From the NCBI GenBank assembly GCA_963627445.1, contig CAVGBM010000107.1, positions 1-63,948 on the forward strand: 63,948 bases of DNA. Direction: 5' to 3'. Below, one piece after another: positions 62,666-63,948 of the stretch. Position 1 is the first letter of the stretch; every line of letters begins with the position of its first letter. Origin of the DNA: Oscillospiraceae bacterium. GTDB lineage: Bacteria > Bacillota > Clostridia > Oscillospirales > Oscillospiraceae. The notes beneath the pieces are model-generated. The model did no database searches. It was not told the origin of the DNA and was given only the letters and a program-made list of their open reading frames with translations. Position numbers and translations under genes: made by a program.

Positions 62666-63400
62666 ATGGAACTGTATAACCCCCTTATCAATTCAACGAA
62701 GGAGATCCTTTCAAAGGGCAAGCCCACCGTGTGGGACTATAACCCGCGCAAGGCTTGGAACGATCTCGGTGCAGCCGAGCTCGTGCTCCAGAAGGAATCT
62801 GCCTATGAGCTGGGCGCTCTCGGCCTCGGCTCTGCAAACTACATCTGCACCACCACAAGCTCCGAGCTCGTGAACAAGGATCAGGTGCTGCTCTATGGTC
62901 CCGACCTCAAGGCCATCAAGAAGGACACCCCGTTTGCAAGGATCGTGCTGCTGCGCATCGGCGCACTCGAGGGCGAGGACGAGGAAGTTTACCGTGCGCT
63001 CAAGGACATTGAGTTCTGCAAGTACCATGTCTATCCTGAGGGCTATATGGTCAGAATGTCCCCCGAGAGCCATCGCGAGCAGGTTCGCGTCAGCAAGAAG
63101 GCGATAAAGAAGGGCATCAGCTTTGAGGCCGTCGGCAATCGCTACATCGAGGCATACAAGAAGGATGTCAATGTTCTGAATGTCACCGTCATTTTCGTGA
63201 CCGACCCCACCATGGACTTCAAGGCCATGCTTGAGAATTCCAAGAAGGTCGACGCTATCACCAACACCCTCACCCACATCATGGAGGGTCTGCCCACCGA
63301 CTGCAACGTCTGCCAGCTCAAGGATATCTGCGACGAGGTCGAAGGCATGAAGGAGCTCCACTTCGGTGTCGGCGACAAGGGCACGAACGAGCATCATTGA
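62666..63400 (+). CDS. stand-alone homologue of the central domain of CO-dehydrogenase/acetyl-CoA synthase beta subunit (CdhC/AcsB-like), 244 aa
   Basis: AGGAG RBS. Segments GPDLKAI, VRVSKKAIKKGISFEAVGNRYIEAYKK, LNVTVIFVTD and the C-terminal DCNVCQLKDIC align, from memory, with AcsB GPDIDQI, LRVSKDAVAKGFRFKNYGEILVAKMKE, VQVTIFTDE and SCVLCQSFAPNHVC. Confidence 0.6.
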   Translation: MELYNPLINSTKEILSKGKPTVWDYNPRKAWNDLGAAELVLQKESAYELGALGLGSANYICTTTSSELVNKDQVLLYGPDLKAIKKDTPFARIVLLRIGALEGEDEEVYRALKDIEFCKYHVYPEGYMVRMSPESHREQVRVSKKAIKKGISFEAVGNRYIEAYKKDVNVLNVTVIFVTDPTMDFKAMLENSKKVDAITNTLTHIMEGLPTDCNVCQLKDICDEVEGMKELHFGVGDKGTNEHH

Positions 63401-63421
63401 GATCAAACAACATACGAAAAA

Positions 63422-63448
63422 CGACAGCCTTAAAAGCTGTCGTTTTTT
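63422..63448 (+). terminator. rho-independent terminator
   Basis: CGACAGC-N7-GCTGTCG followed by TTTTTT. Confidence 0.8.
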
Positions 63449-63457
63449 AGCGATACA

Positions 63458-63548
63458 AAGTGAAGTTTTTGCCATGCAAAAGTGAAGTTAGATGCGTTGC
63501 ATCAAGTGAAGTAAAGTAAACCCACTCACGCCCGCAGGCACTTCACTT
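63458..63548. repeat. AAGTGAAGT 9-mer: three direct copies (63458, 63480, 63504) plus one inverted copy (63540..63548)
   Basis: Exact matches read directly. The direct copies are spaced 22 and 24 bp apart. Confidence 0.7.
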
Positions 63549-63610
63549 GTCGTAAGACAAACTTAACGCACGAAGTGCGCTTAACAAATCCCAAAGGGAT
63601 TTACTTAGTT

Positions 63611-63644
63611 GAAGAAGGCATCTGCGTATGCAGATGCCTTCTTC
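63611..63644 (-). terminator. 15-bp perfect hairpin immediately 3' of tRNA-Leu (no clear U-tract)
   Basis: GAAGAAGGCATCTGC-GTAT-GCAGATGCCTTCTTC abuts the tRNA 3' end. Confidence 0.45.
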
Positions 63645-63732
63645 TGGTGCCGGTGGCGGGGGTCGAACCCGCACGGGTTTTAAGCCCAACGGATTTTGAG
63701 TCCGCCTCGTCTGCCAATTCCAACACACCGGC
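63645..63732 (-). tRNA. tRNA-Leu (anticodon CAA), class II long variable arm, CCA encoded
   Basis: Hand-folded 88 nt. Acceptor GCCGGTG/CACCGGC, anticodon stem GCGGA/TCCGT with loop CTCAAAA, variable arm GGGC..ACCC, T arm GCGGG-TTCGACC-CCCGC, and 3' ACCA. Confidence 0.88.
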
Positions 63733-63742
63733 GTGCTCATAC

Positions 63743-63771
63743 AGTATAACCTAATCGCAGGCATTTTTCAA
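63743..63771 (-). promoter_or_regulatory. sigma-A promoter for tRNA-Leu (TTGAAA-17-TATACT)
   Basis: Minus strand has TTGAAA at 63771..63766, a 17-nt spacer, and TATACT at 63748..63743, about 10 nt upstream of the mature 5' end. Confidence 0.7.
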
Positions 63772-63892
63772 GCATTAGTTTTGTGTAACAATTTGTTGCT
63801 GATTTATAGAAAATTTCAGATTTATACTACCAAATTTGAAGAATATATGTTACAATATTAAATCGTAATATTATATAGAAAGAGGCATAACC

Positions 63893-63948
63893 ATGAAAAA
63901 GATACTCGTCCTTGAAGATGAACCGAATATCCGCAGTTTTGTGGTCAT
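63893..63948 (+). CDS. response regulator, first 18 codons only (continues past window end)
   Basis: MKKILVLEDEPNIRSFVV is a typical receiver-domain N-terminus. AGAGG RBS lies upstream. Confidence 0.6.
   Translation, partial: MKKILVLEDEPNIRSFVV

Noticed and set aside
63458-63548. A CRISPR-like array, or tandem repeats elsewhere in the window.
   Set aside because: The repeat unit is only 9 nt, the spacers are irregular and short, and one copy is inverted. No cas genes are present. No CRISPR-type periodic repeats of 24-48 nt were seen anywhere in the window.

Overview
This looks like a densely packed chromosomal segment from an endospore-forming Clostridia-class Firmicute. The evidence is a complete spoIIIAA-AH operon, SLH-domain surface proteins and Firmicute-type operon orders. 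I can support about 60 protein-coding genes, 2 tRNA genes (Thr-CGU, Leu-CAA), one IS3-family remnant, two decayed genes, and a set of rho-independent terminators and near-consensus sigma-A promoters.

Most of the content is core housekeeping:
- recN-argR-nadK-tlyA-dxs, then ispA-xseB-xseA-nusB-asp23, then spoIIIAH..AA, all on the minus strand
- yebC, a glpK-Nudix-DUF1015 string, mreB, and comFC-recD2-uvrA
- ybaK, radC-tsaD-rimI, polA-uvrB, and cdsA-dagK

I found no CRISPR array, rRNA, integrase, prophage, recognisable defence system or biosynthetic cluster, and no single unmistakable novel system.

The stretches that known families do not fully explain, and that I would follow up, are:
1. A four-gene operon joining an MBOAT/SGNH O-acyltransferase pair to an ECF sigma and an RsiV-like anti-sigma factor (12.8-16.4 kb).
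2. A cell-envelope island (44.7-58.1 kb) with an SLH-anchored lipase, an O-antigen-ligase-like protein, a roughly 1820-aa four-module GLUG/SLH giant protein, and an ECF sigma with an atypical anti-sigma.
3. A zincin-metallopeptidase fused to a degenerate LMW-phosphatase, between polA and rimI-tsaD.
4. A stand-alone 244-aa homologue of the central domain of acetyl-CoA synthase (CdhC/AcsB).
5. A frameshifted spoIIIAH and an unusually short spoIIIAG.
6. A structured, repeat-bearing intergenic region next to tRNA-Leu.
7. An IS scar that truncates a methyltransferase next to tRNA-Thr.

All functional calls come from reading the translated ORFs and recalling family motifs. No database search was run.
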